64,000 nt of DNA, from contig JAFSAU010000004.1 in the NCBI GenBank assembly GCA_017442155.1, forward strand, positions 404 to 64,403, in the 5' to 3' direction. A program made the translations under genes and the position numbers. This DNA is from Clostridia bacterium. Lineage in GTDB: Bacteria > Bacillota > Clostridia > UMGS1883 > UMGS1540. Of the stretch, positions 54,167 to 63,184 are shown piece by piece (positions within the stretch are counted from its first letter, which is position 1; each line of letters begins with the position of its first letter). The notes beneath the pieces are model-generated. The model saw only the letters and a list, made by a program, of their open reading frames with translations, was not told the origin of the DNA and made no database searches.

Positions 54167-54973
54167 GTGGAAAACTGTAGTGAAGCGGTCTGCATCCAGA
54201 CCGAACAAATTTATGACTCCTGCAGAGACAAGGAATGTGTTGAAAATCTGCGGGTGTACCTGAGCGGCCCAGGGCAGAGCCTGGTGGACCGCGCAGTAAA
54301 TGTGAAATCCAGAGGCGCAGAGCTTATCTGGGTATTCCCGACTGTGGAGGCCGTACCGTTCAATCAGGGTTTTTATACGGTGGACATGAAGTTTTTCTTC
54401 AAGATAACGCTGGATGTTTACACCAACGTCTGCACACCGACGCGGGTATGCGGTCTTGCAACATACGACAAAAAGGTGGTTCTTTTCGGCTCGGAGGGTA
54501 GCTCCAAGGTGTTCACCTCGAACTCGACGGGTGAATGTGATTTCGACCCCTCGGAGTGGCAGCGCACGGCTTTGCCGAAGGCAGTGGTATCGGCTATCGA
54601 TCCCATGGTATTGTCTGCAAAGCTGGTGGAGGCCTGCGATGTGGCATCCTGTTCCTGCAACTGTGGCGACTGCGGTTGTGAGGTGGATATGGCAAATGTA
54701 CCGAAAAGCGTACAGCGGATTTTCGATGATGCGCTGGTGCTTTCCGGCGAACAGCAGCGGGTGTACGTTTCCTTAGGTCTGTTCTCTATCGTAAAGCTGA
54801 CCCGTGACGTCCAGCTTCTGATTCCGGCCTATGATTTCTGCATCCCGGATAAGGAATGCCAGACGACCACGGAATCTAACCCCTGCGAGCTGTTTGAAAA
54901 GCTGAACTTCCCGGTGGATGAGTTTTTCCCACCCACAAGAAGTGACGGCGATTCGGATAACTGTTGTAAATAG
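54167..54973 (+). CDS. Cys-rich protein of unknown function
   Basis: GTG start 7 nt after AGGAGG. 268 aa with an N-terminal CSEAVCIQTEQIYDSCRDKEC, a central CSCNCGDCGC cluster (54650-54679) and a C-terminal CCK. It has its own terminator. No signal peptide. Confidence 0.6.
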   Translation: MENCSEAVCIQTEQIYDSCRDKECVENLRVYLSGPGQSLVDRAVNVKSRGAELIWVFPTVEAVPFNQGFYTVDMKFFFKITLDVYTNVCTPTRVCGLATYDKKVVLFGSEGSSKVFTSNSTGECDFDPSEWQRTALPKAVVSAIDPMVLSAKLVEACDVASCSCNCGDCGCEVDMANVPKSVQRIFDDALVLSGEQQRVYVSLGLFSIVKLTRDVQLLIPAYDFCIPDKECQTTTESNPCELFEKLNFPVDEFFPPTRSDGDSDNCCK

Positions 54974-54980
54974 TTAGCGC

Positions 54981-55016
54981 AAGAAAGCACTCTCTCCGGA
55001 GGGTGCTTTCTTTGTA
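54981..55016 (+). terminator. terminator-like hairpin
   Basis: AAGAAAGCAC...GTGCTTTCTT stem followed by TGTATA. Confidence 0.45.
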
Positions 55017-55050
55017 TACGGACAAATTTTGTGACAAGGCAGCAGAGATG

Positions 55051-57075
55051 CTACTGCCTTGTAATTTTTATACCATACTTCCCATTAAAATCATCATACA
55101 GAAGCATAATGGGTGACGCACCCCAGGCATGGCACAGACTCACGCTTTTCCCGGTCTGCTCTTTTCCCCAGGCCTCAAAGGTGGCGGTGGCACCTTCGCG
55201 GAGCATATTCACCCAGCCACATTCGCCCTCATTCATGAGAAGGCGGAAGGCTTCATCATGTGCGCCCATGCGAACCAGCGACTTGAGCAGATAGTACGCA
55301 AAACGCACACCGCACGCAATCCCTTTTTTATCAAGAAAATCAATCAGGGAGGCGGTAGCCTCCGATGGCTGGAAGCCAAAATATCCGGGAAGCACGTTTG
55401 CATGGAGCGAATAGTGGGAGGAACCCTCCGCGTCGCGGAACAGCTTTCTTTCCGGGTCATAAAAAACGTTTGTAAAGGACGCCTTTGCCGTTTCCACAGT
55501 CTGTGTATCCACGGGCATGGAAAGGGCTTCACAAAGCGTGTTGTAGCACATGAGTGCCCCGATATAAAGGGCATTGATGACATTGTGACAGCCTTTGTCT
55601 ACAGGCGGCTGTACAAGCGGAAAATCATAGTTATCCCGGTAATCTGACGGCCAATCCACAAGATTCCACTTGTCGGAAACCCCGTCGAGCAGACCGTCTG
55701 ACCGGACAAACTGCGAAAAGTGCGTCAGAACATTCTGACATGCCGGCATAAACTGTGCCGCACCTTCCTTGTCACCGGTATGGACAAAATAATTGTATAC
55801 GATAGCCGGAAATTCCAGTGATGTGTCTGCAATTTCCTGCATAAGACTGCCCGGCGCAATCGCCAGCATACCGGGGCAAACCTTGCAGGAATCAGCAAAG
55901 TCCTGCATAATTTCCCTGAAATAGTCCCGGTCGCCCGTCAGGTACAGATGCGCCATACCGCTCAGGGCGAAATCACCCACATACTGCCCCTTTTCGCGGG
56001 TGGGACAGTCCACAACGTGCTCCTGTGCACCGCAGATGACGGAGTGTTCAAATAATTTCCAGAGTTTTTGAAGCATTTCGTTATCCGTTTCCAGCCGGAG
56101 ACGGTTTTGAAAAGGATAATGGCGGAAGATGGCCGCAAAGGTTTCAGGAGAAAAATTGTCTTCTGCAGTGATGAGCTCCACATAACGGAATCCTTTATAT
56201 TCAAAGAAAAGAAATACGTCCTTTTTCCCCGAAAGTGTGCAGGTTTCTTCATATTTACAGCGAGCACGCATGTCGTAGCGAACGGAGCCGTCAGGATTCA
56301 GTTCTTCACCGCATAAAACAGTGACAATCTGACCTTCTTTTCCTGTCATTTCCATATAAAATTGTCCCGTGATTTCTTTGCCGAAATCTATGATATAGTG
56401 CCCTTTGCTCATCTTTTGCAGTGAGGAGGGTGCTACTCTCCCGACATAAAGAGGTTTTGTCGGTTTTTCACGGAAAATGTGGTCATCGTCGGCATTGATA
56501 ACGGCATATGGCCATGCACTGTCGTTAAAATTCTTTTCTCGCCAGCCCTTTTCTTCCAGACGGAAGTCTATATTTTCATAAAACCCGGTGGAGCTGCCCC
56601 AGACATCGCCGTCGACATACTCCAGCGGTCGAGCATACTTCCATTCGGCATCTGTACCGCACAAATAGGCACCATTTTCCAGAATGTCTGCCACAATCCC
56701 AAAGCGGTTGTCCCCGGTCTGATAGGCACGGGTGATACGGCCGGAATAATAGGCGTGAACCACAATGACATTCTCGCTGTCCTCTATATAAGGCGTAATG
56801 TCAAAGACATTGTAAGAATAGCTGTCGGCATAGCCCTGCTTTACGCCCTGTCCCACAAACTGTCCATTTATGTACAGCTTGTAGGCATCGTCAGCAGAAA
56901 TCCGGAGCGTATATGTTTTTTTGTGTTTTGCCGAAAAATGACGCCGGAAAGCGGCGTGGTAATTCTGAAAGGCAGAAGGGGGAATTTCCACCGAATCGTA
57001 TTGTCTGCGAAAAACGTTGAGTATCGGAAGGGATAAAAAATCCGGCGTTGTAATCCAGGGAGAAATAAAACGCAT
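55051..57075 (-). CDS. GH78-like alpha-L-rhamnosidase family protein, no signal peptide
   Basis: ATG 57075 follows AAAGGAG (MRFISPWITTPDF). FRRHFSAKHKKTYTLRISADDAYKLYINGQFVGQG matches the GH78 N-terminal block. The six-hairpin region ends SLCHAWGASPI. 674 aa. Confidence 0.65.
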   Translation of the reverse strand: MRFISPWITTPDFLSLPILNVFRRQYDSVEIPPSAFQNYHAAFRRHFSAKHKKTYTLRISADDAYKLYINGQFVGQGVKQGYADSYSYNVFDITPYIEDSENVIVVHAYYSGRITRAYQTGDNRFGIVADILENGAYLCGTDAEWKYARPLEYVDGDVWGSSTGFYENIDFRLEEKGWREKNFNDSAWPYAVINADDDHIFREKPTKPLYVGRVAPSSLQKMSKGHYIIDFGKEITGQFYMEMTGKEGQIVTVLCGEELNPDGSVRYDMRARCKYEETCTLSGKKDVFLFFEYKGFRYVELITAEDNFSPETFAAIFRHYPFQNRLRLETDNEMLQKLWKLFEHSVICGAQEHVVDCPTREKGQYVGDFALSGMAHLYLTGDRDYFREIMQDFADSCKVCPGMLAIAPGSLMQEIADTSLEFPAIVYNYFVHTGDKEGAAQFMPACQNVLTHFSQFVRSDGLLDGVSDKWNLVDWPSDYRDNYDFPLVQPPVDKGCHNVINALYIGALMCYNTLCEALSMPVDTQTVETAKASFTNVFYDPERKLFRDAEGSSHYSLHANVLPGYFGFQPSEATASLIDFLDKKGIACGVRFAYYLLKSLVRMGAHDEAFRLLMNEGECGWVNMLREGATATFEAWGKEQTGKSVSLCHAWGASPIMLLYDDFNGKYGIKITRQ

Positions 57076-57319
57076 ACTACACACTCCTTTTAGCGTAAAA
57101 TACACTATTATTGTATCAGGTTAAACATCGGCTGCTCTCGTCTTTATGTGATTTGGATTCGGGTTTATTGTGACGGAAGCAAAAGATAGCACAAGGGCTT
57201 ATCCGCCTTTGTTTTAGAACGGAGAGGGTGACGGCGGTGACTGCAGGTCGGTACAAGTATGATGCCCGTGGCAAAAGGTATTGAAATGAACTATTAGAAA
57301 TTACACCATATTACTGAAC

Positions 57320-57350
57320 AAACGCCGCTATGAACTGCATGGCGGCGTTT
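57320..57350. terminator. hairpin, second of two tandem terminators after the dehydrogenase operon
   Basis: AAACGCCGC (57320-57328) pairs with GCGGCGTTT (57342-57350). A/T runs lie on both sides. Confidence 0.5.
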
Positions 57351-57360
57351 ATTATATAAC

Positions 57361-57394
57361 AAACCGGTCTCCGACGAATCGGAGACCGGTTTTG
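57361..57394. terminator. bidirectional rho-independent terminator
   Basis: CCGGTCTCCGA-CGAA-TCGGAGACCGG, an 11-bp stem with a tetraloop, flanked by AAA (57361-57363) and TTTTG (57390-57394). Confidence 0.75.
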
Positions 57395-57505
57395 TGACAT
57401 ATTTACTTTGTAAATACGATATATCCTCTCATAGCGAAAGGGATATAGCTTCTCTACGATATGTCATAAAATCGCTGATTTTATGACGCTATGATAGCTT
57501 CGCAA

Positions 57506-59980
57506 TCAAACACCTTCGCGGCTTCTGCGTGCCTTTTCACCATCAGTGAAGTTCTGACCTGCAACATAGCCGGGGATAGGCAGAACCTTTTCATGGATAG
57601 CATCGATAATCCAGCTCGGCTGCGGGAAGAATGCATCTTCCAGCTCATGAGACGGTGTGATCCAGTTGCGTGCGCCGACAACAACGGGAGGTGCATCGAG
57701 GTAATCGAATGCCATTTCGCTGATGTTCTGTGCGATATCCTTAAGGTAAGAACCACGTTCGCAAGCATCACTTGCAAGAATGATTCTGCCTGTCTTCTTA
57801 ACGGATTCCAGAACCTTTTCATAGTTGAAAGGTACGAGGGAACGAGCGTCAATAACTTCAGCGGAAATGCCGTATTTTTCTTCGAGTTCCTTCGCTGCAT
57901 CCAGTGCGCGGTACAGGGTTGCACCAACGGTGAGGATGGTGATGTCGCTACCTACGCGCTTAACATCGGGTTCGCCGATGGGAATTTCGTAGTATTCTTC
58001 CGGTACGCCGCCCTCATGGAACTGTTCGCCGATGTCGTAAATTCTCTGGCTTTCAAAGAATACAACCGGGTCTGTGCCGGACAGTGCGCTTGCCATAAGA
58101 CCCTTTGCATCGTAAGGTGTTACAGGGAAGCAAACCTTAAGACCGGGGATATGGGAAACGATTGCGGTCCAGTCCTGAGAGTGCTGTGCACCGTACTTGG
58201 AACCTACGGAAACACGCAGTACTACGGGCATCTTAATGATACCTGCGCTCATGGACTGCCATTTTGCCAGCTGATTGAGTACTTCGTCGCCTGCACGGCC
58301 GAGGAAGTCACAGTACATAAGCTCTGCAATAACTCTACCGCCGCTCATAGCGTAACCAACTGCGCTACCTACGATAGCAGCTTCGGAGATGGGAGAGTTA
58401 AAGAAGCGATGATAGGGAAGTGCTTCTGTAAGACCACGGTATACTGCGAATGCGCCGCCCCAGTCACGGTTGTCTTCACCGTAGGCAATGAGGGTCGGAT
58501 CCTTGTAGAAGCGGTCAATGATAGCTTCAAAGATACCGTCACGCAGCTGATATACCTGATTCTTTGTATAGGGCTTGCCGTTTTCGTCGAAAGCGAAACG
58601 CTTGCGGCGTGCAATCTGCTGTACACGGGGATTTTCTTCCATGGGCATGAGAACATCGGGCTCTCTGTCGTCCATCTTTTCTACCTTCTGGTTGGAGAAC
58701 ATAATGCCTTCCAGATCCTTCGGGTTTGCATGGAGGTTCATGCGGGGAGAGGTTTCCTCGTCAATCGCCAGCTTGTAAATCTTAGTCATGCGCTCAATGA
58801 TTTCGGATTCGATTGCATCGAATTCATCCTTCTTAGCAACCTTAGCTTTGATGAGCTTATCCTTGTAAGCATCGAGTACGTCATGCTTTGCCCAAGCTTC
58901 TTTTTCTTCCTTGGTTCTGTAGCTGTCGGAGTCGGACGGGGAGTGACCTGCCATACGATAGGTCAGTGTATCCATGAGAACCGGACCATCGCCCTTCTTA
59001 ATAATATCAATCTTACGACGCATTGCATCGATAACAGCAAGGGGATCGTAGCCGTCAACACGTTCTGCATGCATCTGGTTCGGTGTAACACCGGCCCCGA
59101 CTCTTGCGAGGGTGTTGTAAGCCATGGTTTCACCGATGGTCTGACCGCCCATGCCATAGAGGTTATTGAAGAAGTTGAAGATGATCGGGAGACCCTGGTT
59201 GAAGCCTTCTTCCCACAGCTGCTTAATCTGGTCCATTGCACCCATGTTCAGCGCTTCCCAAACAGGACCGCAACCCATGGAAGCGTCACCGATGTTGGAA
59301 ATTACGATGCCGTCTTTCTTGTTGATGCGCTTGTAGAGAGCACCACCCATTGCAACGGTAGCGGAGCCACCTACGATAGCGTTGTTCGGGTAGATACCGA
59401 AGGGAGTGAAGAAAGCATGCATGGAGCCGCCGAGACCTTTGTTAAAGCCGGTTTCTCTTGCAAAGATTTCAGCCAGTGCGCCGTAGAGAAGGAAGTCCAT
59501 AGCGGTTTCCTTAACATTGGACTTATCTTTCTGCTTGCCTTCGATTACGCGGTATGTACGGCCATCGAAGAAGCCTGTCATGTCATCCATCAGTTCCTTG
59601 TCATCCAGCTTGTGGATTGCGGAAAGACCTTTTGCAAGGATTTCGCCGTGGCTACGGTGAGAACCGAAGATGCAGTCTTCCTTATTCAGAAGGTATGCCT
59701 GACCAACTGCGGAAGCTTCCTGACCCATGGAAAGATGGGCAGGGCCGGGGTTGTTATATGCGATTTCGTTGTATGCGCCAGTGGTTTTAACGAGGTAAAG
59801 CATCGTTTCAAACTCACGAATGATGCGCATATCACGGAAGATACGCATAAAATCTTCTTTTGTGTAGTTTTCCTTTTCGTCTTTGATAGACTTGTTGTAC
59901 TGGTTTACCGGAATATCGGTAAAGGTTACTTTACCCGGCTTACGCAGTTCGTTCGGGTCCATAAACAGGGACTTTGTCAT
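57506..59980 (-). CDS. 2-oxoacid (acetoin/pyruvate-type) dehydrogenase E1 component, fused alpha-beta
   Basis: 824 aa, RBS GAGGAGGAA. The N-terminal half has the TPP motif ([17 protein letters not shown]...NNLYGMGG). The C-terminal half is E1-beta-like ([33 protein letters not shown]). Confidence 0.8.
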   Translation of the reverse strand: MTKSLFMDPNELRKPGKVTFTDIPVNQYNKSIKDEKENYTKEDFMRIFRDMRIIREFETMLYLVKTTGAYNEIAYNNPGPAHLSMGQEASAVGQAYLLNKEDCIFGSHRSHGEILAKGLSAIHKLDDKELMDDMTGFFDGRTYRVIEGKQKDKSNVKETAMDFLLYGALAEIFARETGFNKGLGGSMHAFFTPFGIYPNNAIVGGSATVAMGGALYKRINKKDGIVISNIGDASMGCGPVWEALNMGAMDQIKQLWEEGFNQGLPIIFNFFNNLYGMGGQTIGETMAYNTLARVGAGVTPNQMHAERVDGYDPLAVIDAMRRKIDIIKKGDGPVLMDTLTYRMAGHSPSDSDSYRTKEEKEAWAKHDVLDAYKDKLIKAKVAKKDEFDAIESEIIERMTKIYKLAIDEETSPRMNLHANPKDLEGIMFSNQKVEKMDDREPDVLMPMEENPRVQQIARRKRFAFDENGKPYTKNQVYQLRDGIFEAIIDRFYKDPTLIAYGEDNRDWGGAFAVYRGLTEALPYHRFFNSPISEAAIVGSAVGYAMSGGRVIAELMYCDFLGRAGDEVLNQLAKWQSMSAGIIKMPVVLRVSVGSKYGAQHSQDWTAIVSHIPGLKVCFPVTPYDAKGLMASALSGTDPVVFFESQRIYDIGEQFHEGGVPEEYYEIPIGEPDVKRVGSDITILTVGATLYRALDAAKELEEKYGISAEVIDARSLVPFNYEKVLESVKKTGRIILASDACERGSYLKDIAQNISEMAFDYLDAPPVVVGARNWITPSHELEDAFFPQPSWIIDAIHEKVLPIPGYVAGQNFTDGEKARRSREGV

Positions 59981-59995
59981 TGTAAATTCCTCCTC

Positions 59996-61366
59996 TTAAG
60001 CTTTTACTTGAAAAAGTGCTTCCCGGATGATTTCGCAAACGGTGGGGTGCGGGAACACAAATTCTTTAATATCATCTATTTTCCACTGGGATTCAATCAT
60101 CATTACGGCTGCAATGATAAACTCAGAAGCGTAATTTGAAAGCACATGACAGCCAAGCAGACGGCGGTATTTCTTATCCACAACGAGCTTAATAATACCA
60201 TTGCCGCCTTCGTTTTCTGCAACGTAACGGCCGCTGTAGGCCATGGGAAGCTTTACAACTTCGATATCATAGCCCTTTTCTTTCGCGGTGCGTTCGGTTT
60301 CGCCGCAGCTGCCCACTTCGGGGTTTGTGTAGATAACGGCAGGGATTGCATCGTAACGCATGATATCCTTTTTACCGATAATGTTGTTTACAGCAACTTC
60401 AGCTTCGCGGTAAGCGGTATGTGCCAGCATGGACTTACCGTTTACGTCGCCTGCGGCATAAACGCCGGGAACGTTTGTTTTCATATAACGGTCGGTAACA
60501 ATAGCGCCGCGGTTTACTTCAACGCCGATTGTTTCCAGACCGATGTCAGCGGAAACAGCACGTCTGCCGATAGACAGGAGAACCTTGTCTGCCGGAACGC
60601 TTTCTGTTTTGCCGTCCTTTTCAAATACAACGGCATCCTTTTTCACTTCGGTTACCTTTGCGCCGAGGTGGAAGGTGATGCCCTTCGCCTTGTAGTTCTT
60701 CAGAAGAATATCGCTGATATCCTCATCTGTGGGGCCGGCAATCTTCGGGAGCATTTCCACAACTGTTACGTTTGCGCCAACGGAATTATAGTAGGAAGCC
60801 ATCTCTAAACCGATTACGCCGCCGCCGATAACAACGAGGTTTTTCGGAATTTCGGTAAGGTCTAAAACTTCGCGGTTTGTCATTACCATACCGCTCTCCA
60901 CGCCTTCCTTCACGCCCGGAATCGGGGGAACAACGGCAGAGGAACCGGTTGCAATGATGAGGTGCTTTGCAGTGTAAACCTGGCCGTCAGCCTCCACAGT
61001 GTAGCCCTCGGCACTTCTGCCGGTGATTTTACCGACAGCCTTTACCATGTCTACCTTGTGGGATTTAAGGGTCATTTCAATGCCGGAAACCAGCGTGTTT
61101 ACAACCTTGTTTTTTCTTTCGATGACTTTTTTCTGGTCAATGGAAGCACCGGAAACCGATACGCCGTACTTGTCGCCGTGGTTTGCATAGTCGAAAACCT
61201 TAGCGGAGTAGAGAAGAGATTTTGACGGGACACAGCCTTCGTTAAGACATACGCCGCCGTAGGCTCTCTTTTCGATAACAAGAGCTTTCAGACCTGCCTG
61301 ACCGGCACGTTCGCCGGCAAGATATCCTGCCGGGCCGCCGCCGAGAACAATCAAATCATAAACCAT
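59996..61366 (-). CDS. lpdA: dihydrolipoyl dehydrogenase (E3)
   Basis: 456 aa. VLGGGPAGY FAD motif and the redox disulfide GGVCLNEGCVPSK are present. Confidence 0.9.
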   Translation of the reverse strand: MVYDLIVLGGGPAGYLAGERAGQAGLKALVIEKRAYGGVCLNEGCVPSKSLLYSAKVFDYANHGDKYGVSVSGASIDQKKVIERKNKVVNTLVSGIEMTLKSHKVDMVKAVGKITGRSAEGYTVEADGQVYTAKHLIIATGSSAVVPPIPGVKEGVESGMVMTNREVLDLTEIPKNLVVIGGGVIGLEMASYYNSVGANVTVVEMLPKIAGPTDEDISDILLKNYKAKGITFHLGAKVTEVKKDAVVFEKDGKTESVPADKVLLSIGRRAVSADIGLETIGVEVNRGAIVTDRYMKTNVPGVYAAGDVNGKSMLAHTAYREAEVAVNNIIGKKDIMRYDAIPAVIYTNPEVGSCGETERTAKEKGYDIEVVKLPMAYSGRYVAENEGGNGIIKLVVDKKYRRLLGCHVLSNYASEFIIAAVMMIESQWKIDDIKEFVFPHPTVCEIIREALFQVKA

Positions 61367-61379
61367 TTTTTAAATCCTC

Positions 61380-63080
61380 CTATTTCGCAAGCAAAATGCT
61401 GAAGTTTTCGAGTACCTTTGTCAGTTCCTGCAGGAAGCGGGCGGCCGGTGCGCCGTCGACTGCGCGGTGGTCAAAGGTGAGGGAGAGACCCATCTTCTTG
61501 TAGGGCTTCAGCTCGCCGCCAACCTCACGGACGCCGGTGGTGATGGTGTCAACACCAAGAATACCGGTCTGGGGCGGATTGATAACAGGTGTGAAGGATT
61601 CAATGCCCATAGAGCCGAGATTTGTAACCGTGAAGCTGCCGCCGGAGAGAAGGTCAGGACTGATGGTGCCTGCCTGGCAAGCCTTTGCAAGTTCCTTGCT
61701 CTTGACGGAAATTTCGTTGAGGCTCATCTTGTCTGCACCAAACAGAGTGGGGACCATGAGTCCTCTGGGTGTGTCAACAGCCATACCCAGGTTTACAACA
61801 TTGAAGTACTTCATGGTTTCACCGGTGAAGTGGGCATTCAAATCCTTGTGATTCTTCAGCACGCGGGAAACAGCGTACAGAATAATATCGTTCAGTGTGA
61901 TGTTTGCAAGACCCAGCGTCTCCATATTATTCTTGACTTTGGCACGGTAAGCCATGATTTCAGCAGCATCGAAGGAACTGTTGAGCGTAAGCTGTGCCAT
62001 TTCGGAGAGAGAAGCATGCATAGACCGGGCGATAACCTTGCGGATATTCGGGATCTTGACTTCTTCAAATTCTGCGACTGCAGCTGCGGGTGCCGCGGCT
62101 GTTTCTGCGGCCTTTGCAGGTGCGGCTTCCGGAGCGGCCGTCAGGTCCTCCACGCGAACTCTGCCGCCAATGCCTGTGCCGACCATGCCGGGTTTGAAGC
62201 CGTCAGCGGCGGCGGACAGGAAGCCTGTGCCGTTATCAATCAGAGTCTGTACATCGCGTTCAATAATGCGGCCGTTCGGGCCTGTGGGTGTTGCCATGGA
62301 AGCATCTACACCGCGCCGTGCGGCAAGACCGCGTGCACGGGGAGAAATTTTCGCACTGCTGCCTGCGGCTGCCGTGGCTGCCACGGGTGCTACAGGAGCG
62401 GCAGCTTTAGGAGCTTCGGCTACGGGTGCTGCTTCCAGGGGTGCACCGCCGGGACGAAGAGATGCTGTATCGTCGCCTTCCTTGCCGATTGCACATACGT
62501 TTGTCAGGCAGGGTACGTCGTCACCTTCCTCGAAGAATACATCCAGAAGAATACCTGCTACTTTGGCTTCTTCATCAAAAGTAGCCTTGTCTGTTTCATA
62601 GGTGAACAGAACGTCACCTTCGGCGACGGTGTCACCCTTCTGCTTGTGCCATTTTGCAATAATACAGCTTTCGACAGACTGGCCCTGCTTCGGCATGATA
62701 ACTACGTTTGCAACGGGACCGGTGGGTGCTGCAGGAGCCGGAGCGGCCGCTTTGGGTGCTTCTGCTACGGGAGCCGGAGCGGCGGGAGCTTCTGCCGGTG
62801 CAGCTGCGCCGCCATTGGGATTAAACTCTGCGGTGCTTTCGCCTGCGTTACCGATTACACATACATTTGTCAGGCAGGGGACATCATCACCTTCTTCAAA
62901 GAATACATCAAGAAGCGTTCCGGCTTCCTTGGCTTCCTCGTCAAAGGTGGCCTTATCGGTTTCGTAAGTGAACAAAAGGTCACCTACGGCCACGGCGTCG
63001 CTCTTTTGCTTGTGCCATTTTGCAATGATGCAGCTTTCAACAGACTGACCCTGCTTTGGCATAATAATTGGTGTTGCCAT
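61380..63080 (-). CDS. dihydrolipoamide acyltransferase (E2) with two lipoyl domains
   Basis: 566 aa. Two lipoyl domains, each with ETDKATF, Ala/Pro-rich linkers, a peripheral-subunit-binding domain (ISPRARGLAARRGVD) and the catalytic DHRAVDG motif. Confidence 0.9.
   Translation of the reverse strand: MATPIIMPKQGQSVESCIIAKWHKQKSDAVAVGDLLFTYETDKATFDEEAKEAGTLLDVFFEEGDDVPCLTNVCVIGNAGESTAEFNPNGGAAAPAEAPAAPAPVAEAPKAAAPAPAAPTGPVANVVIMPKQGQSVESCIIAKWHKQKGDTVAEGDVLFTYETDKATFDEEAKVAGILLDVFFEEGDDVPCLTNVCAIGKEGDDTASLRPGGAPLEAAPVAEAPKAAAPVAPVAATAAAGSSAKISPRARGLAARRGVDASMATPTGPNGRIIERDVQTLIDNGTGFLSAAADGFKPGMVGTGIGGRVRVEDLTAAPEAAPAKAAETAAAPAAAVAEFEEVKIPNIRKVIARSMHASLSEMAQLTLNSSFDAAEIMAYRAKVKNNMETLGLANITLNDIILYAVSRVLKNHKDLNAHFTGETMKYFNVVNLGMAVDTPRGLMVPTLFGADKMSLNEISVKSKELAKACQAGTISPDLLSGGSFTVTNLGSMGIESFTPVINPPQTGILGVDTITTGVREVGGELKPYKKMGLSLTFDHRAVDGAPAARFLQELTKVLENFSILLAK
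62484..63065 (-). repeat. tandem duplication of the lipoyl-domain coding unit (366-nt period)
   Basis: Residues 6-77 and 128-199 of E2 (nt 63065-62850 and 62699-62484) are near-identical: IMPKQGQSVESCIIAKWHKQK-D-V--GD-LFTYETDKATFDEEAK-AG-LLDVFFEEGDDVPCLTNVC-IG. The DNA copies are clearly alignable. Confidence 0.85.
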
Positions 63081-63184
63081 ATCGTTTTATCCTTTCTGCT
63101 TACAAAATAACTGTCCGTCGCCGTAAGCTGTGCGGCGGGCACAGCGGAATTTTTAGCCGACCGCCACGGCAGAGATAACTAAAT

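Noticed and set aside
57106-57320. Possible riboswitch or sRNA in the long leader between the GH78 gene and the dehydrogenase operon terminators
   Set aside because: I could not recognise any known riboswitch core, a convincing promoter or an extended conserved-looking structure. Only the terminator hairpins further right are clear.
57491-60139. 882-aa ORF on the plus strand
   Set aside because: It lies exactly antisense to the E1 alpha-beta gene, whose TPP and E1-beta motifs are unambiguous. The plus-strand translation is Cys/Phe/Val-rich with no recognisable motif, no RBS and a start inside a terminator region. It is a shadow ORF.
61467-63110. 547-aa ORF on the plus strand, plus nested ORFs at 61954-62601 and 62602-62967
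   Set aside because: These are antisense to the E2 gene. Their Gly/Cys/Arg-rich sequence is simply the reverse complement of the Ala/Pro-rich linkers and lipoyl domains. No translation signals are present.
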